From: a virus | Taxonomy: Duplodnaviria; Caudoviricetes | Virus record (IMG/VR): IMGVR_UViG_3300016263_001525 | Coordinates: 1 to 24,934 of that record | Reading direction: 5' to 3' (one strand) | Length of the DNA: 24,934 nucleotides | Shown here: positions 9,559-16,937 of the stretch, piece after piece | Position numbering within the stretch: the first letter of the stretch is position 1 | Layout of the letters: the number at the start of each line of letters is the position of its first letter | Notes under the pieces: generated by a model | Databases searched by the model: none | Told to the model about the DNA's origin: nothing | Seen by the model: the letters and a program-made list of their open reading frames with translations, nothing else | Made by a program: the position numbers and the translations under genes

Positions 9559-10341
9559 TTATGAGTTACCAACAGCATTTCTGCTCTCAAGGCTTTTCTT
9601 ATACATAGTTTGTTTACTAACTAACCCTGCTTCTTTATTGGCTTTTCTTGTAGCCACCCTTTTTGCAATGGTCTCAGCTGACTGTTTCTCCCCACGTCTA
9701 GCTTTACTAATTTTATTCTTAGTATCGATTGATCGAGGTCGGCCAATTTTTCCTAATCTAGATTTGCTTAGGTTTTGCCGATGTGCCTCAGTAAAAACTT
9801 TTCCCTTATGTGATTCACTCATTTTTAGTTTAGTTTCTTCTGTATGTTTGAAATCTTTTTTGATTTTGCTAAGTTTACACCGAGTTTCTGCTGTATGTTT
9901 TTTGCCCATTTGAGACTTTCTCATTTTAGTTTTAGTTTCAAGAGTTCTTTTTTGACCAGTGTTACTTTTTCTTCTTTTTTCTATCACTTCTTTACGAAAA
10001 TCAGTAGTCCAGGATTCAATTTTTTCCTTTCTCTTTTGTAAAGTAGTGTTAGATACTTTTATACCAGAACTACCCTCGCCGCCATTTGTTCTATTTCTAA
10101 GAATACCTGTGCCAAGATCTACTCGACCCAATCTGGATATTTCAGAAATTTCTAATTCAAATGCCTCGTTCTCTGTAAGGTTAGCCGCTATAATTACAAT
10201 ACAATCGTAATCCTTAGGTTTATTTTTTCTCGTTTGCCAAGCACGATTGTTACAACCTTTTCCCACATAGTATGGTGTTCCCGCAGGAGCAATATCAGAA
10301 TCTTTAGATCTTAGATAATAATATACATAATAAATATTCAT
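9559..10341 (-). CDS. Free-standing GIY-YIG homing endonuclease with NUMOD3 repeats
   Basis: YYVYYYLR...PYYVGKGCNNRAW...EAFELE...ILRNRTNGGEG, then multiple GKKHTAETRCKLS / HTEETKLKMSESHKGK repeats. Start placed at MNIYYV (10341) after GGAGG. Confidence 0.9.
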   Translation of the reverse strand: MNIYYVYYYLRSKDSDIAPAGTPYYVGKGCNNRAWQTRKNKPKDYDCIVIIAANLTENEAFELEISEISRLGRVDLGTGILRNRTNGGEGSSGIKVSNTTLQKRKEKIESWTTDFRKEVIEKRRKSNTGQKRTLETKTKMRKSQMGKKHTAETRCKLSKIKKDFKHTEETKLKMSESHKGKVFTEAHRQNLSKSRLGKIGRPRSIDTKNKISKARRGEKQSAETIAKRVATRKANKEAGLVSKQTMYKKSLESRNAVGNS

Positions 10342-10410
10342 GCTGGCGCCCTCCACGACGCTAGAGTGGTTAGATATTACAGTATCGTGAACCACACTAA
10401 TATTTATACA
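10341..10410 (-). promoter_or_regulatory. Structured 5' leader (copy B) with upstream TATAAATA promoter
   Basis: Minus strand GTATAAATA-TTAGT-GTGGTT-CAC-GATA-CTGTAA-TATC-T-AACCAC-TCTAGCGTC-GTGGAG-GGCGCCAGC-ATG; homologous to 8141-8210 with compensatory changes. Confidence 0.75.
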
Positions 10411-10424
10411 CCATAAATAGAATT

Positions 10425-11822
10425 ATGTATCAAAAGTACCATTCCGACGATCAGATCAAAAGATTTATTGTGCAGGTGATCCGAGCCCTGAGTAATTTTC
10501 AGGTACAATTTGGCGATGGCACACTGTATCGAGTACCAGTAACCTATGGTGACAGCAGCCGTCAGGCCGAAGCCATTGTAAATCGCAACAGTGAAAACAG
10601 CATCCCCAGTTGTCCACTGATCAGTGTGTACATCACTGACCTCAAATACGATCGCACCAGAATTCAGGACCCCACATTCATTGACAAAATCAGCGTCAGA
10701 ACTCGAGCATATGATCCAGTTACCGACAGCTATCTGAATCAGCAGGGCAATGCTTATAGCATCGAACGTCAGATGCCAGTGCCCTACAAACTCAATGTAA
10801 AAGCTGACATCTGGACCAGCAACAGTGACCAGAAGTTTCAGCTGCTGGAACAGATTCTGGTGCTGTTCAACCCGGCTCTGGAAATACAGAGTACCGATAA
10901 CTATATTGATTGGACCAGCTTGAGTTACATGGAGCTCACTGACAGCACCTGGAGCAGTCGTAGCATACCTCAGGGCACTGATGATCAGATCGATATCAGC
11001 AGCGTGAGCTTTGAAATCCCCATCTGGCTCACCGCACCGGCTCGAGTCAGAAAGATGGGTGTTATACACAAGGTAGTGGCTGGAATATTCAATCCCACTG
11101 GCGACCTGGCTGAATTTGTGGCCAGTGATGATCTGTTGTTGGGTACTCGGCAGGGTATCACATTTCAGAACTATGGTATCTGGGTCAACAACGGAGAAGT
11201 AAAACTGCTCAAATACAATCCAGTAAAGACTCAGCCCAGCAATTCAGACATTGAAACCGAAGTGGTATTGGGCACCAGCAAGGACTGGCCAGCTGCACTG
11301 GAAAAATACGGAGTAATTCGCAATGGTATCAGTCAGCTCAGATTGATCCTGGGTACCCAGGATGGCTTTGATAGCGGTACCGAAATTGTGGGCACCATTG
11401 CACTGGATCCCACTGATGATCGCACATTGTTATTCACAGTGGATACTGATACTCTGCCAGTCAACACACTATCACCAATCAATGCTATTATTGACCCCAC
11501 CAGAGTCCATCCGGGATACGGAGGATTACCAGCGGCTGCTGCTGGCCAGAGATATCTGCTGCTCAAAGCCACCGGCAATGCTGATGATGCTGAAAGTGCA
11601 CCAGGATGGACTTTCAACAGCCAGGAAACCATTGCTAATGCCAATGACATTATTCAGTACAACGGAACTCAATGGGTTGTGAGTTTTGACAGTTCAGCTG
11701 CCACCACCACTCAATACGTTTCCAATCTGACCAGTGGTCGTCAATATAAGTACTCACAAGCATCATGGACAAAAAGTTGGGAAGGCGAACATCGGCCTCT
11801 AAATTGGCGGCTAATTCTGTAG
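10425..11822 (+). CDS. gp15: Tail terminator / sheath stabilizer (T4 gp15-like) with C-terminal extension
   Basis: DDQIKRFIVQ...RVPVTYGD, MPVPYKLNVKADIWTSNSDQKFQLLEQILVLFNP; follows gp14. Confidence 0.85.
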   Translation: MYQKYHSDDQIKRFIVQVIRALSNFQVQFGDGTLYRVPVTYGDSSRQAEAIVNRNSENSIPSCPLISVYITDLKYDRTRIQDPTFIDKISVRTRAYDPVTDSYLNQQGNAYSIERQMPVPYKLNVKADIWTSNSDQKFQLLEQILVLFNPALEIQSTDNYIDWTSLSYMELTDSTWSSRSIPQGTDDQIDISSVSFEIPIWLTAPARVRKMGVIHKVVAGIFNPTGDLAEFVASDDLLLGTRQGITFQNYGIWVNNGEVKLLKYNPVKTQPSNSDIETEVVLGTSKDWPAALEKYGVIRNGISQLRLILGTQDGFDSGTEIVGTIALDPTDDRTLLFTVDTDTLPVNTLSPINAIIDPTRVHPGYGGLPAAAAGQRYLLLKATGNADDAESAPGWTFNSQETIANANDIIQYNGTQWVVSFDSSAATTTQYVSNLTSGRQYKYSQASWTKSWEGEHRPLNWRLIL

Positions 11823-12247
11823 TTACAGGTGTGGGTGCATTGTTCTATTCAGTGGCCACACAGCGTTGCCTGTATCTGTTGCGTAGCCAGAAACAGCGTG
11901 GTACCTGGGGTCTGGTGGGCGGAAAACAAACACCAGGAGAGTCGGTACAGACCACACTGTATCGGGAGTTCACAGAAGAAATTGGCGATGTGCCTCAGCC
12001 ACATCGCCTGATTCCGCTGGAAACATTTACCAGCGATGATCATTATTTCAAGTTTATAACCTATGCCTGCATAGTACCTGCTGAATTTACCCCAGTTCTA
12101 AACGCCGAACATCATGGTTATTGCTGGGTGCAGATTGGAGAATTTCCTCGTCCTCTGCACCCAGGGCTGTGGAACACCATGAACTTCAGTGTGATACAAA
12201 CCAAGATCAATACCATCTGTTCAGTGTCTGACTGGGATTTTTACTGA
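11765..12247 (+). CDS. Nudix hydrolase
   Basis: Nudix box GGKQTPGESVQTTLYREFTEEIG; LNAEHHGYCW, PLHPG. True start uncertain (possibly TTG at 11804). Confidence 0.85.
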   Translation: MDKKLGRRTSASKLAANSVVTGVGALFYSVATQRCLYLLRSQKQRGTWGLVGGKQTPGESVQTTLYREFTEEIGDVPQPHRLIPLETFTSDDHYFKFITYACIVPAEFTPVLNAEHHGYCWVQIGEFPRPLHPGLWNTMNFSVIQTKINTICSVSDWDFY

Positions 12248-12249
12248 TC

Positions 12250-12582
12250 CTAGACCTGAATCCAGGGAGCAGGCTTATTCTCCACTGGTGGATTCTGCTG
12301 TTGTTCCAGATTGGCAGCCAGATTGGCGTCATACTCTGCTATGCGTTCTGGAGTTAGCACAGCCGTCACCCAGTCAGTAACCTGCTGTTCGGTTATCTGC
12401 TCAAACGGAGTAAAATTGCCTGGGTCTGGTGCAGTCAGACTAACCTGACCGTATATGTTAGCAGAGTAGGTGTCTGCCTGAGCTATGCGGCGCCAATCCA
12501 CAGTGATTACCACATCAGTTAGTGTATCCTGAACTTTTTGAACTTTGAAATTGTTGAACACCCAAGTGTAAATTATATCCAT
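12250..12582 (-). CDS. Hypothetical phage protein, 110 aa
   Basis: Clean ORF with AAGGAG RBS, same orientation as and 12 nt downstream of the upstream gene; no function recognised. Confidence 0.75.
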   Translation of the reverse strand: MDIIYTWVFNNFKVQKVQDTLTDVVITVDWRRIAQADTYSANIYGQVSLTAPDPGNFTPFEQITEQQVTDWVTAVLTPERIAEYDANLAANLEQQQNPPVENKPAPWIQV

Positions 12583-12594
12583 GTAATTCTCCTT

Positions 12595-12957
12595 TTATTC
12601 GGCGTCAGCCAACCAGGGAGTAAAAAACATCAGATCACCCGGAGTGATCTGAATGTCGCCCAGGTCTTCTAACTGGAACTTGATTTCTGGAATCTCCACT
12701 GTTTCCTGTAGCAGAGCAGTCAGATCCTGCGTGAATGCTTCAACATTTTCGGTCAGGATGGTTTTGCTACCATCTGATTGAAGTTCACCGTATTTGTCGA
12801 ATAGCTGAACACGATGCTTTTCAAAATTTTCCAGATCTTTAGCCACAGACTCAATGATCTTGGTGATTCTGAAACTGGTCTTGATGGGCAGTGTCTGAGT
12901 CATCAGCTTAGATAACACTGGCTCAGCATTTTTGATTTGCGAAACTGTGATTGTCAT
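12595..12957 (-). CDS. Hypothetical phage protein (~120 aa)
   Basis: AAGGAG RBS upstream of ATG at 12957 (MTITVSQI) and TAAATA at 12975-12980. The track start of 13044 lies upstream of the promoter and is unlikely. Confidence 0.75.
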   Translation of the reverse strand: MTITVSQIKNAEPVLSKLMTQTLPIKTSFRITKIIESVAKDLENFEKHRVQLFDKYGELQSDGSKTILTENVEAFTQDLTALLQETVEIPEIKFQLEDLGDIQITPGDLMFFTPWLADAE

Positions 12958-13049
12958 TGTCATCTCCTTAGTGATATTTATAGACTGTAGTGATCTAAAA
13001 TTAATTTCCAGGATCAGTTCACACCAGGTGAAAATTTCAGGCACCAGTC

Positions 13050-13080
13050 AAAAAAGTGGGGCAACTGTAAAGTTGCCCCT
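13050..13080 (-). terminator. Rho-independent terminator
   Basis: GGGGCAACT-TTAC-AGTTGCCCC followed by ACTTTTTT on the minus strand. Confidence 0.85.
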
Positions 13081-13112
13081 GAGTTATTTGTCCAAGTTTC
13101 CCGTACTCTTAT

Positions 13113-13141
13113 AGTATAGCAAACAGGATACTTTATAGCAA
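13113..13141 (-). promoter_or_regulatory. Sigma70-like promoter candidate
   Basis: Minus strand TTGCTA-N17-TATACT with extended -10 TG. Confidence 0.5.
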
Positions 13142-13156
13142 ATACAATGTATTCAA

Positions 13157-14050
13157 TTAGTTGCTGGGCAACTTAACTGTTTCATTTATAGTGGCTGCAT
13201 CCAGTGTCCATCTTACACGAGCATTACCAGCACCTGGCAAGCCAAACTGTGTGCCGGTTCCGGCCACCACAGTGGCCACGTGACCGCTGATTTTCTTCAC
13301 ATAGTATGTACCACTGGCGCTGTCGGTTGCAGTGATTCTCATCTCACCACTGACTGGACTGGTGGTGACCAGGTTAGCACGACCCACATTGCCATTGGCA
13401 GTCTGGATATAAAAGCTCTTGCTGCTGATCTGGCGGATAATGTCAGCTGCACTGGTGTCGCCACCGATGTTGCTGCTGAAGGTAATGGCGTTGCTCACAC
13501 TGCTGGCAATAGCTGCCAGAGTCACTGTGCCCAATACGCCAGTACCAGCGTCGTAGAATACTGCATTTCCGCTGATGTTAGCGGTGTTTACCAAACTCAG
13601 AATCACATTGCCAGCATTCACTGTGGTGACACGAGCACTGGTGTTGGCACCTGTCGCTGCTACCTGCATACCCACTGAAATTCCAGTGGTTGAACTGGTG
13701 ATGGTGATCACATTACTGCCGCTGGTGCCGCTAACATTGGCACTGAGTACTGTCACGTTGGCTGGCTTGACCAGGGTGGCTGTGGCGCTGGTGTAACCAG
13801 AACCAGATTCTATGATACCCACACTGCTCACATTGCCGTTGGCGGTGTAGATGCTGATGTTGGCTGTGGCTGAAACACCTGTGGGAATGTTGGGTGTGCT
13901 GATAGTAACTGTGACACCCTGGCTATATGCTGTGGCGTTACCAGCTGCAACTGCACTGATTTTCTTACCGCCGATTCCGTAATCGTCAGTGGTGGGTGTT
14001 GCACCCACGTTGCGATTTCCGAAATATTTTGATTGAAGTGGTCTGCCCAT
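13157..14050 (-). CDS. Putative virion structural/decoration protein (MGRPL N-terminus), 297 aa
   Basis: Thr/Ser/Ala/Gly/Asn-rich beta-strand composition, AAGGAG RBS, late motif TAAATA at 14127-14132. Function inferred from composition and context only. Confidence 0.6.
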   Translation of the reverse strand: MGRPLQSKYFGNRNVGATPTTDDYGIGGKKISAVAAGNATAYSQGVTVTISTPNIPTGVSATANISIYTANGNVSSVGIIESGSGYTSATATLVKPANVTVLSANVSGTSGSNVITITSSTTGISVGMQVAATGANTSARVTTVNAGNVILSLVNTANISGNAVFYDAGTGVLGTVTLAAIASSVSNAITFSSNIGGDTSAADIIRQISSKSFYIQTANGNVGRANLVTTSPVSGEMRITATDSASGTYYVKKISGHVATVVAGTGTQFGLPGAGNARVRWTLDAATINETVKLPSN

Positions 14051-14068
14051 TTGTTTTTTCTCCTTGTT

Positions 14069-14121
14069 GGACGTTCTAGGTCCTTACGCGGTGGTGTCCG
14101 CATAAAATCCCCTCTGAGGAT
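14069..14121 (-). promoter_or_regulatory. Three-hairpin 5' leader candidate
   Basis: Minus strand ATCCTC-AGA-GGGGAT, TTATGCGG-ACACCA-CCGCGTAA and GGAC-CTAGAAC-GTCC between TAAATA and the RBS. Confidence 0.55.
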
Positions 14122-14129
14122 ATGATTAT

Positions 14130-14759
14130 TTAGCCCAACAGATGCAAAAAGTGATTATAATGTTTCATACGGTCGTCCAGACCTATGGTTCCACCATTTA
14201 TTCTCTTGGTGATAGTGAGCATATCACCAGCATCTGCAAAATCATTCAGTCCGCGACCCCACCAGAACCAGCAGGCACTGTAAATGGATCCATCTTTGCT
14301 ACACAGTTTATCAGGATCCTGCACCAGAGTATCATCTTCATACAGATCCTGACTGCATCTGGTATAATTGTCTCTGCCAGTGATCTGAATAATACCCCGA
14401 CCTCTGAATCTCCAGCCATCTCCAGTGGCTTCAGGACCGTTATTCATTCGTCCTCCGTATACACGATTGGCTATTTTTTCAGGTTGTCTGGCATATTGAT
14501 TGGCTAGCTCATCAGTGGGAAAATACTTGGGGAATATCTTTCTGAGCCCAGCTGCACTGTAGTTCAGATTTTCTTGCAACACAGTAAACTGCCCACTTTC
14601 ATGAGCACACTGAGCCATGAACGCTGCTACACGAGGAGCCGTGGTTACCTCATAATCAGGTAGAATCTGATCCAGATAGTAAAACCACTCGGAACATTCT
14701 TTGTTTCTGGGTAACATCTGCTTGAGTACGTCTTCAGTAAAATTACAATCAAAAGGCAT
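14130..14759 (-). CDS. Glycoside hydrolase family 19 (chitinase-like) endolysin
   Basis: AAFMAQCAHESG, ENLNYSA, IANRVYGGRMNNG, GDGWRFRGRGIIQITGRDNY, ITKRINGGTIGLDDR. Start placed at MPFDCNF (14759) after AGGAG. Confidence 0.92.
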   Translation of the reverse strand: MPFDCNFTEDVLKQMLPRNKECSEWFYYLDQILPDYEVTTAPRVAAFMAQCAHESGQFTVLQENLNYSAAGLRKIFPKYFPTDELANQYARQPEKIANRVYGGRMNNGPEATGDGWRFRGRGIIQITGRDNYTRCSQDLYEDDTLVQDPDKLCSKDGSIYSACWFWWGRGLNDFADAGDMLTITKRINGGTIGLDDRMKHYNHFLHLLG

Positions 14760-14781
14760 ATGGAAACTCCTGAGAATATTT

Positions 14782-14946
14782 ATGATAAATCTGATTATCA
14801 AACTGTCTCCACAGCAACAGTCTCAAAAATCCCGACTGAGTCGTTGGTTGCTTAATTTTGATCCTGGTCTAAGTGAAAGCCAGAATATGTTTGCCAATAG
14901 ATATCGCCGATACTGGGATTGTGGTAATTGGGTCTTGAAATACTAA
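14782..14946 (+). pseudogene. C-terminal remnant of a Hef-like endonuclease gene
   Basis: QQSQKSRLSRWLLNFDPGLSESQNMFANRYRRYWDCGNWVLKY* matches the C-termini of 15070..16851 (DPNLSEWAIMQSSGWDRVWDCG) and 24056..24934 (LTEWQIMQQLKYDRIWDCG). Confidence 0.8.
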
Positions 14947-14947
14947 T

Positions 14948-15019
14948 AAGAAAAAGCCGGCTCTCAGAGCCGGCTTTTGGGTTTGTTTTGCAGTTGCAGC
15001 TTAGATGAAGCTGATGTTG
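14948..15019. repeat. 72-bp direct repeat, copy 1 (terminator plus last 19 nt of gp23)
   Basis: 71/72 identical to 16866-16937 (single mismatch 14990 g vs 16908 a); contains the hairpin AAAAGCCGGCTCT-C-AGAGCCGGCTTTT. Confidence 0.97.
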
Positions 15020-15069
15020 AAGTCTGGATTTTATTTGTTCTGCATAAATACTTAGTGAGGAAGCAGAGT

Positions 15070-16851
15070 ATGTTAGAACAACTACAGCAAATAATACAGG
15101 ATCTAAATCCCAAAAGTTATACCAGAGTAATCAGTAGACATTCTGATTTATTGCATTGGATCATTGGTGAACAGGCTCGATTGGGTACACAAACCCTATC
15201 AGAAACGTTGTATTGCTTGCTTAACCTTTGTGAGCCAGTTCAATGTGCTTGCGGCAACCCTGCACTGTTCAACACTGTAACCAAAGGCTATAGAAAATTT
15301 TGTAGTCTGAAATGCCCGCAAAAAGGTCATCAGCACAGCAGCACTGTGAGATTCATGTGGGCCAACTCTGAGAAATTGAATAAGATGATCCAGACTCGCA
15401 AGAAAACTTGTCTGGAGAAATACGGTGTAGAAAACGCCGCACTAAATTCGATCGTCAAAGAAAAAACTCGCAAAACTAACCAACAAAGATGGGGAGCAAA
15501 TACTCCGTTGGAAAGTTCTCAAATCAAGCAAAAAATAATTCAGAAGAATCTACAAAAATATGGCGTAGAAATGCCTTTTCAAAGCAAAATTATTCAGCAA
15601 AAAGCTCGAGACACTTTTGAACGAAATCACGGTGCAGCCAATCAGATGCAACTGGCACGAGCGGCGTGGCAACAACAAAATGGCCCTGTGAATCCTTTTG
15701 AACTACCGCAAATACGACAAAAATCTTTTGACACTATGATTGAAAAATACGGAGTCAAATATGCATTTCAATCACCTGAACTGTATCAAAAACATGTAAC
15801 TACTCATTTAGAAACCTGGGGTCGTGCGAATAATGCGCAAATACATCTGACTGATGAGCAATATCAGTTGCTCACTAACCCGGATCAACTAAAACAAGCG
15901 TTAGAGCAAAAATCACTGAGTCAGGTTAGCATTGATACAGGCATCCGCAAGTCACTGATTCAAAATTATCACGATCGTTATCAATGGAATATTATTCCCA
16001 AAAACTCTCGTAGTGGGTTTGAAGACGAAATTGCAAAATTTCTGGACCAGAATAACATCACTTATCAACGCAACAACCGCAAATTGATTGCTCCACAGGA
16101 AATTGATTTCCTAATTGAAGATCAATTGGCTATTGAATTTAATGGATTATATTGGCACAGTGAAATTGCTGGTAAAAAGCACAGGTTGTATCATCAACAA
16201 AAAATGAAGGACTGCGCAGATAAAAATATCACTTTGATCACAATCTGGGACGATGAGTGGAGTGAAAAACCACACATTTGCCAATCAGTTATACTGAGCT
16301 TACTAAACAAAAATCAAAAAATTCCAGCCCGAAAATGCACAGTACACGAAGTATCCAACAGCGAAATAAGGCCATTTTTGAATCAGAATCATCTACAAGC
16401 TCACAGCAACGCCAGCATCAACATAGTGCTGAAATATCAGGATCAGATTGTGTGTGCAATGACTTTTGCAAAATCCAGATACAACAAAAAAACACAATGG
16501 GAACTGCTCAGAGCAGCATCACTGATAGGATGTTCTGTACAAGGAGGTATGAGTAAATTGTGGAGTTATTTTGTGAAAAATTATCAACCCCGTTCAGTGG
16601 TGAGTTATTGTGATCGCAGATGGTTCACTGGTAATCTGTATTCTGGTTTGGGTTTTGCACGAAAAGTGACAGGCTCTCCTACATACTGGTATACTAACCA
16701 TAAACAGAGATTTCATCGCAGTGGGTTTACAAAAAAATCATTGGTTGACCAAGGTTCAGATCCCAACCTATCTGAATGGGCTATTATGCAATCCTCAGGA
16801 TGGGATCGAGTGTGGGATTGTGGGCAGGATACTTGGATTTGGACCCAATAA
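15070..16851 (+). CDS. Hef-like putative homing endonuclease: KYGV repeats + PD-(D/E)XK/Vsr-like nuclease + conserved C-terminal domain
   Basis: SGFEDEI...EIDFLIEDQLAIEFNGLYWHSE...LITIWDDEW; ARKC...NHLQ...VVSYCDRRWFTGNLYSGLGF...RVWDCG. Start placed at MLEQLQ (15070), with GAGG RBS and TAAATA at 15045-15050. Confidence 0.8.
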   Translation: MLEQLQQIIQDLNPKSYTRVISRHSDLLHWIIGEQARLGTQTLSETLYCLLNLCEPVQCACGNPALFNTVTKGYRKFCSLKCPQKGHQHSSTVRFMWANSEKLNKMIQTRKKTCLEKYGVENAALNSIVKEKTRKTNQQRWGANTPLESSQIKQKIIQKNLQKYGVEMPFQSKIIQQKARDTFERNHGAANQMQLARAAWQQQNGPVNPFELPQIRQKSFDTMIEKYGVKYAFQSPELYQKHVTTHLETWGRANNAQIHLTDEQYQLLTNPDQLKQALEQKSLSQVSIDTGIRKSLIQNYHDRYQWNIIPKNSRSGFEDEIAKFLDQNNITYQRNNRKLIAPQEIDFLIEDQLAIEFNGLYWHSEIAGKKHRLYHQQKMKDCADKNITLITIWDDEWSEKPHICQSVILSLLNKNQKIPARKCTVHEVSNSEIRPFLNQNHLQAHSNASINIVLKYQDQIVCAMTFAKSRYNKKTQWELLRAASLIGCSVQGGMSKLWSYFVKNYQPRSVVSYCDRRWFTGNLYSGLGFARKVTGSPTYWYTNHKQRFHRSGFTKKSLVDQGSDPNLSEWAIMQSSGWDRVWDCGQDTWIWTQ

Positions 16852-16865
16852 ATTGTACTACACAA

Positions 16866-16937
16866 AAGAAAAAGCCGGCTCTCAGAGCCGGCTTTTGGGT
16901 TTGTTTTACAGTTGCAGCTTAGATGAAGCTGATGTTG
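16866..16937. repeat. 72-bp direct repeat, copy 2 (functional gp23 3' end and terminator)
   Basis: See copy 1; offset 1918 bp. Confidence 0.97.
16869..16896. terminator. Bidirectional Rho-independent terminator between gp23 and the convergent endonuclease gene
   Basis: AAAAAGCCGGCTCTCAGAGCCGGCTTTT: GC-rich stem flanked by A- and T-runs. Confidence 0.85.

Noticed and set aside
14977-15069. Track start of the 624-aa ORF (also the extended starts at 8161, 10395, 5386, 13044, 14801)
   Set aside because: The extensions run through terminators, promoters or leaders; downstream ATGs fit better with an RBS, promoter position or family N-terminus.
14948-16937. Repeat pair as CRISPR array or IS terminal repeats
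   Set aside because: Only two direct copies 1.9 kb apart, made of a gene end and terminator; no spacers, cas genes, inverted ends or transposase.
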